A stretch of 64,000 nt of DNA from Thraustotheca clavata (taxonomy: Eukaryota). The translations under genes and the position numbers were made by a program. The stretch covers positions 1 through 64,000 of the forward strand of contig JNBS01000224.1 in NCBI GenBank assembly GCA_002081575.1. The letters are read 5' to 3'. Below are positions 13,328-25,233 of the stretch, one piece after another. A model generated the notes under the pieces. That model was not told the DNA's origin. It ran no database searches and saw nothing but the letters and a program-made list of their open reading frames with translations. Each line of letters starts with the position of its first letter. The first letter of the stretch is position 1.

Positions 13328-14926
13328 ATGAAGATCTCAAAAATGCATCGGCTTTTAAAGCGCCATTCCACTATTTCCCAACGGACTCGCACCTTCGCAA
13401 GCATGGGCTACGAATATGATTTTGTTGTGATCGGCGGTGGCAGTGGTGGTATGGCTGCTGCCAAAGAAGCTGCTCGTCTCGGTGCTAAAGTGGCTCTCTT
13501 TGACTTTGTTAAACCTACGGTGCACGGTACCAAGTGGGGGCTTGGTGGCACCTGCGTCAACGTCGGATGTGTGCCTAAGAAAATTATGCATTACTCCAGT
13601 CTTCTCGGTGCCGGACTTCATGATGCTGCTTATCTTGGCTGGCAACTTCCCTCCAACGTTCAACACAATTGGGAAACCATGGTGGACGCCGTGCAATCGC
13701 ATGTGAAGAAACTTAACTTTTCTTACCGTGTGGGCCTTCGTTCGAACAAGGTGCAATACATCAACGCTCTTGCTCGTTTTCAAGATCCTCATACAATCGC
13801 CTATGAATTAAAGAATGGACCAACTCAAACTTTGACGGCCCAACACATTTTAATTGCTACTGGTGGTCGACCAACTGTTCCTGCTGATGTACCTGGTGCT
13901 AAGGAGTATGCCATCACAAGTGATGATTTGTTTTCGCTTCAAACACCTCCAGGAAAGACATTGGTTGTGGGAGGATCGTACATTGCTCTTGAATGTGCTG
14001 GTTTCCTCCATGAACTCAAGTACCCAACAACTGTGGCTGTGCGTTCGATTCTTCTTCGTGGATTTGATCGTCAAGCTGCTGCCAAGATTCAAGAAGTGAT
14101 GGTAGCCCAAGGCATGAATTTCAGATTCAGTGTCTTGCCTACTTCGATCACAAAGAATGAAGCCACTGGAAAATTGCATGTGGCTCTACGCAACTCGGAA
14201 ACAAATGAGACTTTTTCAGAAGAATTTGATACTGTTTTGTATGCTGTTGGACGTACTGCTGATACTTTTGGACTTGGACTTGAAAACACTGGTGTTGTTG
14301 CTCTTCCTAATGGTAAATTTGACACGGTTAACGAAGCTACAAATGTGCCACATATTCATGCTGTTGGTGATGTATTGCAAGGCAAGCCTGAATTGACACC
14401 TGTGGCTATTCGTGCTGGTGAATACCTCGTTCGTCGTATCTTTGGCAATAGCACCAAGACAATGAACTACGATCTTGTACCAACAACAGTGTTTACACCA
14501 GTGGAATACGGTACTATTGGGCTCAGTGAAGAAGAAGCTATTGCTCGATATGGCAAAGAAGATATTGTTGTGTACCCATGGGAATTCCAAACACTTGAAT
14601 GGGGTGCTGTGCATCGTCAAAAGGCTGAATCAGCCCGTGAAGGTGACTATGATATTGATTTCCCAGCTAATTGCTTGAGCAAACTCATTTGCTTGAAGAG
14701 TGCAAATGAAAAGGTTATTGGTTTCCATTTTGTTGGGCCAAATGCTGGTGAAGTGACCCAAGGGTTTGCTGTGGCTGTGGCTATGGGAGCAACGAAGGAA
14801 GATTTTGATAATGTTGTGGGCATTCATCCAACAGACGCAGAATCCTTCCAAGCCCTCACTGTTACGAAGGAATCGGGAGCGAGCTGGGTTGCTTCTGGAG
14901 GCTGTGGTGGCGGTGTGTGTGGCTAA
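13328..14926 (+). CDS. TrxR: High-Mr thioredoxin reductase, Cys-only C-terminal centre
   Basis: GGGSGG, GGTCVNVGCVPKK, GIHPTDAE, C-terminal GCGGGVCG; intronless. Confidence 0.95.
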   Translation: MKISKMHRLLKRHSTISQRTRTFASMGYEYDFVVIGGGSGGMAAAKEAARLGAKVALFDFVKPTVHGTKWGLGGTCVNVGCVPKKIMHYSSLLGAGLHDAAYLGWQLPSNVQHNWETMVDAVQSHVKKLNFSYRVGLRSNKVQYINALARFQDPHTIAYELKNGPTQTLTAQHILIATGGRPTVPADVPGAKEYAITSDDLFSLQTPPGKTLVVGGSYIALECAGFLHELKYPTTVAVRSILLRGFDRQAAAKIQEVMVAQGMNFRFSVLPTSITKNEATGKLHVALRNSETNETFSEEFDTVLYAVGRTADTFGLGLENTGVVALPNGKFDTVNEATNVPHIHAVGDVLQGKPELTPVAIRAGEYLVRRIFGNSTKTMNYDLVPTTVFTPVEYGTIGLSEEEAIARYGKEDIVVYPWEFQTLEWGAVHRQKAESAREGDYDIDFPANCLSKLICLKSANEKVIGFHFVGPNAGEVTQGFAVAVAMGATKEDFDNVVGIHPTDAESFQALTVTKESGASWVASGGCGGGVCG

Positions 14927-15136
14927 TTTTCATTTATGAAGCTACTAATATACGTATTGAATCATAAACTTTGTTACAATTCATCTTTTTCAGAATGAAC
15001 TAATTTTTCCCACGCAGATGCAGTACCACCAACAACGTTGATAAAACTATCACGAATTGCTTGTCGACGATCTTCTGTCGTTCCATGCTTAGATAGAATT
15101 GTACTAAGGTAAGCATCACTACAATGTCTATAAGAA

Positions 15137-16261
15137 TTAGAACGAGAGAATGCAATACCGTCGAGATTTCTTCGTTGGCCATTCAGACAAGGTACTCAAT
15201 CGTTTGATTTCCTGCCATGCATCGGCAACAGCTTCATCACTTTCAAGACGAATGCTTTGGCCAATATGATGAAGTAAGGTTGTTCCAGTCGAATGGGAAA
15301 CCATGAGTGATGGAATAGTTATGTTGTACCCATGCCAATGGGCCTCAACTGATGGTTTGTCCAATATAACATTTTTACGTTGTACAAAGATCACAGAAGC
15401 AGCTCCAGCTAGTTGTGCATGAGATACCTACAAATAATAAGCAACAAGTCGCAAATCAAATTTATACTTTTGATAGAAATGAGCAATTGGTATTGTCCAA
15501 ACTGATCAAAGCACATTTATCCTTGACTTGTTCCAAGTTTGTCAATGGCTCGCATGCATGAGCTGGTTGAGCTGCTGCTGTTTGCATGGGAAGTTTGGAC
15601 AAAGGACTGCCAAAAGACGATGAAAGAAAATCATACAACTTTCCCTCTTCATCTGTGAGAATTCCACCACGAAAACTATGCATGAAATCCGAGTCATTTG
15701 TACTCTCAGGTCCACAGACAGAGTTGTGGCATGTCATGGGTACGAGTTTCCCATATATTGCTTCACGAGCACTAACAGCTCGAAAGAGTTCACCTACAAT
15801 AATTACATAAGAAACAAGAACAAATTGAAGGATCTACCAGCACTGTGGCGAACCATGACGGTGGGAATCTGAATTTCACCTTTAGCTACATGTGCCACAG
15901 GGCGAATAGCTTCTTCATCATTGCTGACAATGATAAGTCCTGCAGCTCCAGCTTCTTGTACATTCTTGGACTTGATTTGAAAGGAACACTCTCCGCGATC
16001 TAACACAACAATCGGTGGCTGCCCAGAGGCCGTGTGGTTAGCAATGCGAGCCAAATCATCACCATCAAATGCAGAACACCCAAGGTTATTCAAAGGTAAT
16101 ACAAACTGGCGTTCGTTGTCTGGAATTGCACCACCATACGAGTCCTTGAAATATTGAATCGGAAGCACACCATCACGAAGGTAAATGCGCCCCCAGAAAG
16201 AATCCGAAGACGATAGAGCTTCGGAAAGCAGACAAAGCAAGGCAAGTGAGCGGTGGAGCAT
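15137..16261 (-). CDS. Secreted protein with two protease-associated (PA) domains
   Basis: Signal peptide; IVVLDRGECSFQIKSKNVQEAGAAGLII and a second CSFLSK..HAQLAGAASVIF; introns. Confidence 0.75.
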
Positions 16262-16337
16262 CTACACAAAAGTGAATTTGTCGAAAGATCACAGCAATCT
16301 TTGTTTTTCGAAAGTCGAAAATCCCATTTATTACGAC

Positions 16338-19300
16338 TCAAACGTAACACGATGTAAAAGACTTGGATAAACACGTGCCAATGCATCCAATGCTGGTGGA
16401 GGATCCGTCGATATTTATTGCATAGCAGTTCCCACACAAAAGAACATTGCAATCAACGCACGTGGTTAGACAAGATCGACACACTTGACGGGAACATGAT
16501 GCGCACTCGGAGAGGTTATCAGTCGATAGCACCGATGTGCATCCCGAGCAAGTGCTAATTGTATGGACTGTGTGCTCCAAAATAAAGTCGACAATGTGGT
16601 CGACGCTGGTTAAAACATTTTCATGAGCTAGCTTTAGGGAGCATGAAGCAAAACCATGTTCGATCCACTTAAGGGTTGTGGCAATGACAGCTGCATCAAG
16701 AGTGTCGAATATGCCATTTAAATTGAGTTGTTGTTGCCCAAGTGCATGTGAAAGTCGCATTTGACGATCATAAGCGTTAGATTCGGTGATATGTTTGATT
16801 ATTGCTGTTGGATCATCGAGGACGTAAGCTTCGCTTATCATAACAGCACCACAGCTAGTATATGTCGAGGTTAGCCACGCTGCTTTGGCATTAACTTTTG
16901 GTGTCCACAACGGGATACCAGCGTTAGCACATAATATATCCAAATGTTGTTTTCGCCTTCCAATGTTGCGGTACATAGCAATTAGAGCCTCTACAAGTTG
17001 ATCCATTGTTGTAATTTCGATACCGCAATAGCATGGTAGTCCATTTGTCAAATAGATTTCTTTCAGCTCGAGGTTGCTAAAAGAGATTTGTGGCCAATGT
17101 CGAGCAGTTAATGCTTGATGAAGGTTCTGAAGTCGATCTTGCTGGCATTTATATTTCTTGATATGACCACTAACCACAGCAATAATGATCGCCCAAGTAT
17201 TTGAAAAGCAACCAACATCAATGCGCGAGTAGGATTCGTGGCACATTGTGTTGAATTTCGACTTGAGATAGCTTGGAGGCTTTTTTCCCATTCCAGAGTC
17301 TTTCATACAAATACGAAGAACTTCATAAACGGTAACCTGATGCAGAAAAGGACACCGGTAGAGGAAAATCAAGTATAAAATCAACTTCTTCGGACAAGGG
17401 TTGTGCAATCCTTCAATTCGGACCGATCCAACAAGAATATACTCTCGGATCAACGGGTCACCAAGTTTACTTAGAGTGTCATGATATACCTTCATCGAGA
17501 CACCCAAAGCTTTGACGGCCTTCCAGAGTAAATTTTCATGGCACATTTGAATAAATGTTTGAGTAGCTACTTCGATAACGTTACCACAATCTTGTTCAAT
17601 GTATTCGTTTGCAGCTCGAAATACAGATAGGTGGTGCTTGTCACCATTAAAGTCCCTGTCATAGTCTGAAAGATCAACAGTACTAGCCTTTTCCATGATC
17701 ACGTCATGAAGGAGTTGACGTCGAGAATTGATCCCTTCAAAATGAGCTCGAAGAGCATGAGCAAACGACTTTCCATCGCTGTGAAAGGATCGATTTAGTA
17801 TAGCATAACCATTTCGAATAAAGCCTTCTACTGTAGGATTTTGGAGTTCTTTTGAGTCCACGGTGAGCCCAGGAAGAGTATTAAGGATCAATTGCGTTCG
17901 TGAGTATTCGTCCAGAATTTGTCGTAGCATTGCGTCAACGGACTTTGTTGTAATACCACGCTCTCCGATCTCTTTAATGAGAAATCCTCGCTCCAAACCC
18001 AATGTTTCCATAGAGACGTTTAAAAGATAAAACCATTCCTCTAATTTGTCTTCAAGAGTATGATGTCGGCGTAGTAGCTCCTTATAAGAATTGACTAGGC
18101 CAGTGGCACATATATGGACTTCACCAAAAAAGCGGACGACACCATCCAAAACAAATATTCTTAAAGGTGGAATGGCAAAGATATGGTTAACCACAATATC
18201 ATCAGGGATACCATTCATGCGACCAAGAGATAACTGGGATGTTACATCTTGAAGTCGACGCATTCGACCTTCAAGTATCAACGAAACTTGACATGCCGAA
18301 TTGATGTATTGCCCAAAACCAACTTTAATCTCGCCATGTTCAACAAAAGCTTTCATCAAGTCTCCAAACACTGAATCACAATAAGAGTAAGATAAATTTC
18401 GATGGTGTAGCCAAGTTTGTAAGTCATCTTTGCGTCTAGCTTCTGATTCAGCTTTGGAAAACGCTCTTGTAGGTGTTAGACTAGTGTCATTTGAGTTCGC
18501 GTAGTCAATGATCCACTTATGTGTCGGGTTAAATTGAGAAGCCTGGCCAACTTGCTGCAAATACTTGCTAAGTGATTCTAATCGCATTGCTCTCCGTGTT
18601 GATTGGTGTCGTCCAGGTAGTCGGCTGGCGTGTCCAGTGATGCAACGAACCACAATCTCCAAAGTGTGTTTGCTTTTCGGTTGGTTAAGGTAATCGGAGT
18701 AAGTAGAACAAAACTCTGGAGTGATAAAGCATGAAGATATACCTTTATCAGCCAGTGCCTCATCAACTTGTCTTTTTCGATAGTCTTTAATGGCATGGCG
18801 TTTTTCCCAACGAATGATCTTCTTATCTTGAATCCTTTTCAATCCTTCTACCCCTCCATGTTTTCGGACAGCACAATACAGTGTTTCAGATTCCAAATAC
18901 AACTTCATTCGCCCTAATTAATAAAAAATGACACCACATTATATAGAAACTAATGCCTCGAACGATATATTGCAATGGTGCCAAATCTGTATCATTGAGC
19001 GTAAATTGTTCTTTGGCATACGTTTTGCTGATTAAGACACTGTTAATCGGATGCTTTCGATGATCATCACATAACGAAACATATTGCCAAGGACGTATTG
19101 ATGGGCATTCGCATTTAAAACACACAAAGCATCGTTTTTCCAAAGCACAATAAAATCGTTTTAGATACTCCATCCATGGTGCAGCATACACATTGGCTTC
19201 AATTTTCAAAAAATCCTTGAAGAGTGTCGGCCATTGTGTTTGCAAAAGACGGTAAAAGTACTTGCAAGTCGATGAGATCACAAGGACTTCCTTTCCATTT

Positions 19301-19437
19301 AAGAACCCATAAATACTCATCAAAGACTCGTCTCCAAGCTGTAGAAATGGACTAGTTGGCGTTCCCTCACAACGGCCAGCACCACAACGTCGCTTATTAG
19401 CATTTGGCGCCACTTTTTTCATACCAAAGTCGATCAT
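16338..19437 (-). CDS. F-box + XPA-C-like domain protein with long helical region and Cys-rich tail (2 exons)
   Basis: F-box FLQLGDESLMSIYGFLNGKEVLVISSTCK; CFVC...LCDDH; ISKTYAKEQFTLNDTDL...MKLYL...HGG; intron from 18914 to 18950 or 18956. Confidence 0.65.
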
Positions 19438-19765
19438 TTTTGAATTTCTTCAAACGTTTAAGCGGGAGAAGTCAAATTTGTAAATGACAGCACAATAAGC
19501 GCGCCAAAATCATGTAACTGCTTTTCAACTTCTAATGATTTGATTGGCTATCTCTATCCGTACTTAATTCTCTTATCCGTATTCCTTTAATATTGTATAT
19601 AATATAAAAAGATAGAGATTTTTAAGTGTTGAAAACGATTGTTTTAAAACTACTAAGTGTTTCGGATGATTTAAAATAGACTTGAAATTGGTATGCTAAT
19701 ATCCGGAAAAAGAAGCTTCGACATTTTGTTTCGAACCAGAAGTTGGACCTCATATCAAAGAAGGA

Positions 19766-21025
19766 ATGGGCCGTGAAGAGCGAAGCCGTCGGCAAGAAGA
19801 CAACTTGATTGAGGGTAAATCACTCGAGTTCTCTACGACAAGTGGTCTTGATGTTGTCCCAACGTTTGAAGCAATGGGATTAAAAGAAGATTTGCTTCGT
19901 GGAATTTACGCTTATGGCTTTGAAAAGCCTTCCGCTATCCAGCAACGTGCGATTAAACCTGCAGTCCAAGGTCGAGATCTTATCGCACAATCGCAATCTG
20001 GTACTGGTAAGACAGCAGTGTTTTCGATTTCTATCTTGCAATCCCTTGATTGCAGTAGCAATGAAACTCAAGCTCTTGTGTTAAGTCCAACACGTGAATT
20101 GGCTGAACAAACACAAAAAGTATTGTTGGCATTGGGAGATTACATGAATGTTCAATGCCATGCATGTATTGGTGGTAAATCCATTGGAGAAGATATTCGC
20201 CGTCTTGACTTTGGTGTACAAGTGGTGAGTGGCACACCAGGTCGTGTATTTGATATGATCCGTCGTCGTAATTTGCGAACACGCAATATTAAAATGCTTG
20301 TCATTGATGAAGCTGATGAAATGTTGAATAAAGGTTTCAAGGAACAAATTTATGACATCTATCGGTAAAAACTCGTATTTGTCGACGAAAACTCATACAT
20401 TTCTAGTTATTTGCCTCCATCGACACAAGTACTATTGATTAGTGCCACAATGCCTGCAGAAGTTCTTGAAATGACAAAGAAATTCATGAACGAACCCGTC
20501 AAGGTCTTGGTAAAGCGTGATGAATTGACTTTGGAAGGTATCAAGCAATTCTTTGTTGCTGTTGAAAAGGAAGAATGGAAGTTTGATACATTGTGCGATC
20601 TCTATGACACATTAACCATTACCCAAGCTGTTATCTTTTGCAACACGAAACGAAAGGTAGATTGGCTTGCTACAAAGATGAGAGAAGCCAATTTTACTGT
20701 TGCTTCGATGCATGGTGACATGCCTCAAAAGGAACGTGATGCTATCATGCAAGAATTTCGATCGGGTGGTTCTCGAGTGCTTATTACAACGGACATTTGG
20801 GGTCGTGGTCTTGATGTCCAACAAGTATCTCTTGTCATTTGTTATGATCTTCCAAGCAATCGTGAACTCTACATTCATCGTATCGGTCGTTCGGGTCGTT
20901 TTGGCCGTAAGGGTGTTGCTATCAACTTTGTCAAAGATGAAGATATTCGCATTCTTCGGGACATTGAACAATTTTACTCGACGCAAATCGATGAAATGCC
21001 TATGAATGTTGCCGACCTCATCTAA
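19766..21025 (+). CDS. EIF4A3: DEAD-box helicase eIF4A-III (exon junction complex core), 2 exons
   Basis: [59 protein letters not shown]. Confidence 0.97.
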
Positions 21026-21057
21026 CGGATGTATCAATATATTAACTTTGGATTCAT

Positions 21058-22481
21058 CTATGTGACTGTTGCTAACAGAGCCATACTTCCTGCACCGATG
21101 GTAAAAAGAGCAATTTTCTGAATTGTTGGGGTTGCTTCATGTGAATGCTCATCGGACATTTCATGAAAAGCAAGGTAAATGAAGCTTCCAGATCCAATAC
21201 CGAGTGCCAAAGCTTGTGCATACTGAGCTGAAGGACCTTGGAGCTGAGAAGTTAATAGCATGCCAAGAACTATGCCAAGTGGAGTCATAAAGCTGTAGAA
21301 AATTAGCACAGCCATTGACCGAGATGGATTCACGCTGTCTTTTGCCTTTGCAAAGTTGGCACCAACAGAAATTGCTTCAATGAACTAATGCAACAATTAG
21401 ATGAATGAAGCATTGTTACTCAAACCTTGTGGCTCACAATGGCCAGAGCAATAGCAATTGCTGTGCGACTTAACTCTGAATTCATACCAAGTGTAAATCC
21501 AGCGATGAGAGAATGCAATGAGAAGAGTGCAGCGAGTAAGTATGGCAGAATGGCACTATTAATCATTATTTGTCAAGAGTGTCGAGATAATGAACAATAC
21601 CTTTCGCCAGAAAACACAACATGTTCACTGATACTACCTTCCACATGTGCATGAACGTGAGGATCAGAGCCACAGCGACCGACTGGTTCCTCTGCAACTT
21701 CAACTTGATTCTAATGATTCATCAATGAATTAGTAGAAATGATCAAAGCATGGTATGATGTTTACCTGATTTTCACGCAAAAGTACATCCAATTCAGTCG
21801 ATTGCTTGGAGTGCTTCATAAAATCAGATTTATTAAGCATTGTATGATCACAAGAGCAACTTCCATACGTTTGACCTGTTATTAATGCAATTCATCATCA
21901 TAGATGCATTAGAAAAAATACCTTCATGAATTCCTTTAGGACTTAAAGAGCATTGTGGGGACAGCATTTTACCATTTCCACCAGAGTATCCTCGTAATCG
22001 GCGTTCAATGCCATACGAAGCAATCGATGGAACATGAATCTTGCACAAACTAGTTTCATCTAAATCACAACAATAAGCTTCGTATTCTTATCCAATATGT
22101 ACAATTGGGTTTAGCTGCAGCTGCGACAGCCATCATTTTTCCTGAATCTCCAAGGTTCAGCAAGTCAATGGCCCATATAATCATACAGCCAAAGCAGCAC
22201 AAGACGTAAATAATAGGAAAATCCGATATCTTTACACCTTCTGCAGTCGTCATAACACAATACTTGTGATAATGTTTAACTGCATCAGGTAGTAAATGTA
22301 TCATTCCGGTCGCTAGAAACACTCCAGCAGTCACAAAAGGCAACTTTTGGTGAAGAAGTGATTCAAGCATCGGTGTTGATTGTGCTCGAGTAGATACCAA
22401 GACTGGAAGCAAAGAGAAGATGACCGTAAGCACCAGTAGCACCACACACATGATGCTGTTAAAGATCACAATGTCTTCCAT
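21058..22481 (-). CDS. ZIP-family zinc/iron transporter (multi-exon)
   Basis: AGVFLATGMIHLLPDA, LAALFSLHSLIAG, SHKFIEA, MTPLGIVLG, SGSFIYLA. Confidence 0.9.
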
Positions 22482-22624
22482 GACCCCACGACCGAACAAT
22501 TTCAAATGGCTCATCTTGTATATCTTCTCTCTTAAGTACGCTTCCAAGATTAGTTATTTTGATAATTCATTCTAAGAGGTTTCTTTTATACAGTTTATTT
22601 TTGTGATATTGGATCTATTTCAGA

Positions 22625-22999
22625 ATGAAGTTTCTTGGACTAACTTTGCTTGGTCAATGTGCGTATGTATGGGCACAAATGGCTGGTGGATGGAACCCTG
22701 GTAGTATCTCCGACAGCGATACGATTAATGCTTATGGTAAAGCAATGAGTTTGCAGTCGAATTTTGATGGAACGAGCTGGCCCATTTTGTGTACAGCGAA
22801 AATCAATTCCGTCGAGCAACAAGTGGTGTCTGGAATGAACTACAAATTCCATGTTGCTGGATGCGTTGTTGGAAGCCTACAAGCTGCTACACGAAATGTA
22901 TGCACTTGTTTGTCCACTACGAAGTATGTGGTGGTCATTTATGATCAGTCGTGGACAAATACACACAAGGTGTTGAACATAACGTTGGACAATGAATAA
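22625..22999 (+). CDS. Secreted cystatin-like cysteine protease inhibitor (EPIC-like) 1
   Basis: Signal peptide, AGGW trunk, QQVVSG loop, QSW loop. Confidence 0.9.
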   Translation: MKFLGLTLLGQCAYVWAQMAGGWNPGSISDSDTINAYGKAMSLQSNFDGTSWPILCTAKINSVEQQVVSGMNYKFHVAGCVVGSLQAATRNVCTCLSTTKYVVVIYDQSWTNTHKVLNITLDNE

Positions 23000-23186
23000 G
23001 TTGTAGGTACTGTATTAAGAATTTATTACATGTAATATTGATTTTCTTCTTGTGAAATATTGGTCAATTTGATAATTGTATTATTCGAAGAGGATTTGTT
23101 CCATTATACGTTGGTCAGCGTAAATCCGTTGAATAGATTGACAAAATATTTAGTTTATTTGTCATTTACAAAGTTGATCTATCCAT

Positions 23187-23564
23187 ATGAAGCTTGTAGC
23201 TTGGGTATTTGTAAGCACATGCATTGCATCGAGTGATGCAAATTCTCACTTTGGTGGCTGGAAGAATCATTCTGCACCCTGTAAAGTAACAATTAACTTG
23301 TTTTACAAGGCTGTGCAAAATGAAGACAATTATAACATGACAAATTTTCCCTACATTTGTGCTAAAAGAATTAAATCAGTTGACTCACAAACTGTTGCAG
23401 GAATTAATTATGTGTACCATATTCAAGGCTGTGAAGTAGAACAAATTACCCAGACAAAAAAGACGTGTTCCTGCAATCAGACATCAAGTATTACATTGTC
23501 TATATATTCTGCGCCTTGGTTAAACATTTGCCAAGTTACTCAAATCAATCAAGAAACCAAATAA
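23187..23564 (+). CDS. Secreted cystatin-like cysteine protease inhibitor (EPIC-like) 2
   Basis: Signal peptide, FGGW, QTVAG loop, APW loop. Confidence 0.9.
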   Translation: MKLVAWVFVSTCIASSDANSHFGGWKNHSAPCKVTINLFYKAVQNEDNYNMTNFPYICAKRIKSVDSQTVAGINYVYHIQGCEVEQITQTKKTCSCNQTSSITLSIYSAPWLNICQVTQINQETK

Positions 23565-23609
23565 CACTGTTAACATGTATCTATTTCAATGAGCATAGTA
23601 TTGTATTCA

Positions 23610-24116
23610 TCAATTTGAAGCAGGTTTTCGAACAGCTCGATTATACATCTTCTTATTGCGTTCAACCATTTGTACCTAAGCATTTATATCAGACAGAAAT
23701 GATAAAACTTTGCATTCAGTCTTACATATTCTTTCAAATGAGTATTTAGATGTATTCTACTCAAATGATTATTTTTTAGCATTGGAATAAATTACCGATC
23801 TGGAATATGAACATAAAGTATCATCTTTCCCATAACAAACAATTCGTCTAATAAAAGCATCTTTCCCTAAGCAATTCTCATTCAAAGACTCGGTAAATAG
23901 ATTAATACATTGGGTGCTATTTGAGAGACATTGCTCAATCGGACACTACACAAGATAAACATGTCAATACGTAATACTGACGTACTCCATGCCATCTCCC
24001 ACTTCTTCAATCGTTCCTTTAAGCTGATATTCTGTCTTAAGATCAATCATAACCTCCATGCCAAGCATGCTTTGTAGCACAATCAGAAGCGTTCGATGAT
24101 CCTTCTTAGCCTTCAT
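23610..24116 (-). CDS. LSM10: Sm-like protein, LSm10-like (U7 snRNP specific), 5 exons, 111 aa
   Basis: Exons 24116-23986, 23945-23909, 23866-23796, 23756-23726, 23675-23610, all GT-AG and in phase; RTLLIVLQSMLGMEVMIDLK...GTIEEVGDGMDVRLSNV...LDELFVMGKMILYVHIPD. Confidence 0.8.
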
Positions 24117-24217
24117 CGTTACTTCTTATTTGCTAAAATTATATGTATTTAGTTCTTTTCTATAAATCTTATTGGTGTATTTGTGGAATAATAGCCAATC
24201 AGAGACCAAGAGCAAGT

Positions 24218-25233
24218 ATGGTGTGCAAATTGGATTTAGGCCGAGGAGCGTACGAGGCCGACAGCATCGACGTAGAGGAACTCGGATCTTTCTCGTCCAT
24301 TTGCATGTGGGTCTTTACAGAGAAAGAACTTCTTGATAGTCCTTCACGTCGTGACGGTATGGCTCCAGCACACGTGGAATTGTACCGAATTCGATGTTGT
24401 GAATTCATCGAAAAGCTCGGTGCAATCTTTCGTTTGCCGCTGCTCGTTGTCGCTAGTGGAAAGGTCTTCTTCCACCGGTGAGAATGGCCTTGCCCGTCGT
24501 CCATGTTTCATTGCGATGTAGCTTCTTCGCTTTGCAGTCGTACAAGATGTATGATGCGTGGCTGATTGCAGCGACGTGTTTGTTTCTAGCCGCCAAGGTT
24601 GAAGAACATTATATGAAGGTTGTCGACTATACAAAGCATTATCTTGCACATCGAAAGCGACTTTCTCAAGATCCAAAGATTAATAGTGCCATTCGACCAT
24701 CTATGCCGACTAGCCCCACCATTGAAGCAGAAACAGAAATGATTCTTTTTACAGAATGTATAGTGCTTCATGTTCTTGCGTACGATCTCAATATTGTTCA
24801 TCCTTACACATTTGTGGCAAACTATGTCACTGCTGCTCTAAACAGTATATCGGCAAACACAGAAGCAAATACAAAGACCATCAAGAAAGCAGCATGGAGT
24901 TTTATTAATGACAGCTCGAAAAGCACAGTATGTCTCCGATTCGAACCACAAGTCATAACTGCTGCTGCAGTGTATCTTGCTGGATGCTATGAGGATATGT
25001 GGCCTACAAATTTAAACACAACAACAGAAACAAAATGGTCTAGTATTTTCAACATCGCTCATGATGCTCTCCAAGGTACCTTTGCAATGATTATTTGATT
25101 TTATCATATTGTAGCATCTGTGGCATTGATTTTAACCACATATAGCCGAGTCGAGTATCATAAAAATCGTCCCCTTGCACCTGGCATTCAAACTCTTCTT
25201 TTACACCACGACATCCCGAAGTCAACAATGTAG
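24218..25233 (+). CDS. Transcriptional cyclin (cyclin K/T-like), 3 exons; start may be 24305
   Basis: WVFTEKELLDSPSRRDG, VFFHRFF, CLFLAAKVEE, YDLNIVHPY, AWSFINDS. Confidence 0.85.

Noticed and set aside
13355..14851. Long antisense/overlapping ORFs inside TrxR (likewise RNR1, eIF4A3, E3BP)
   Set aside because: Shadow ORFs from codon bias, with no recognisable motifs
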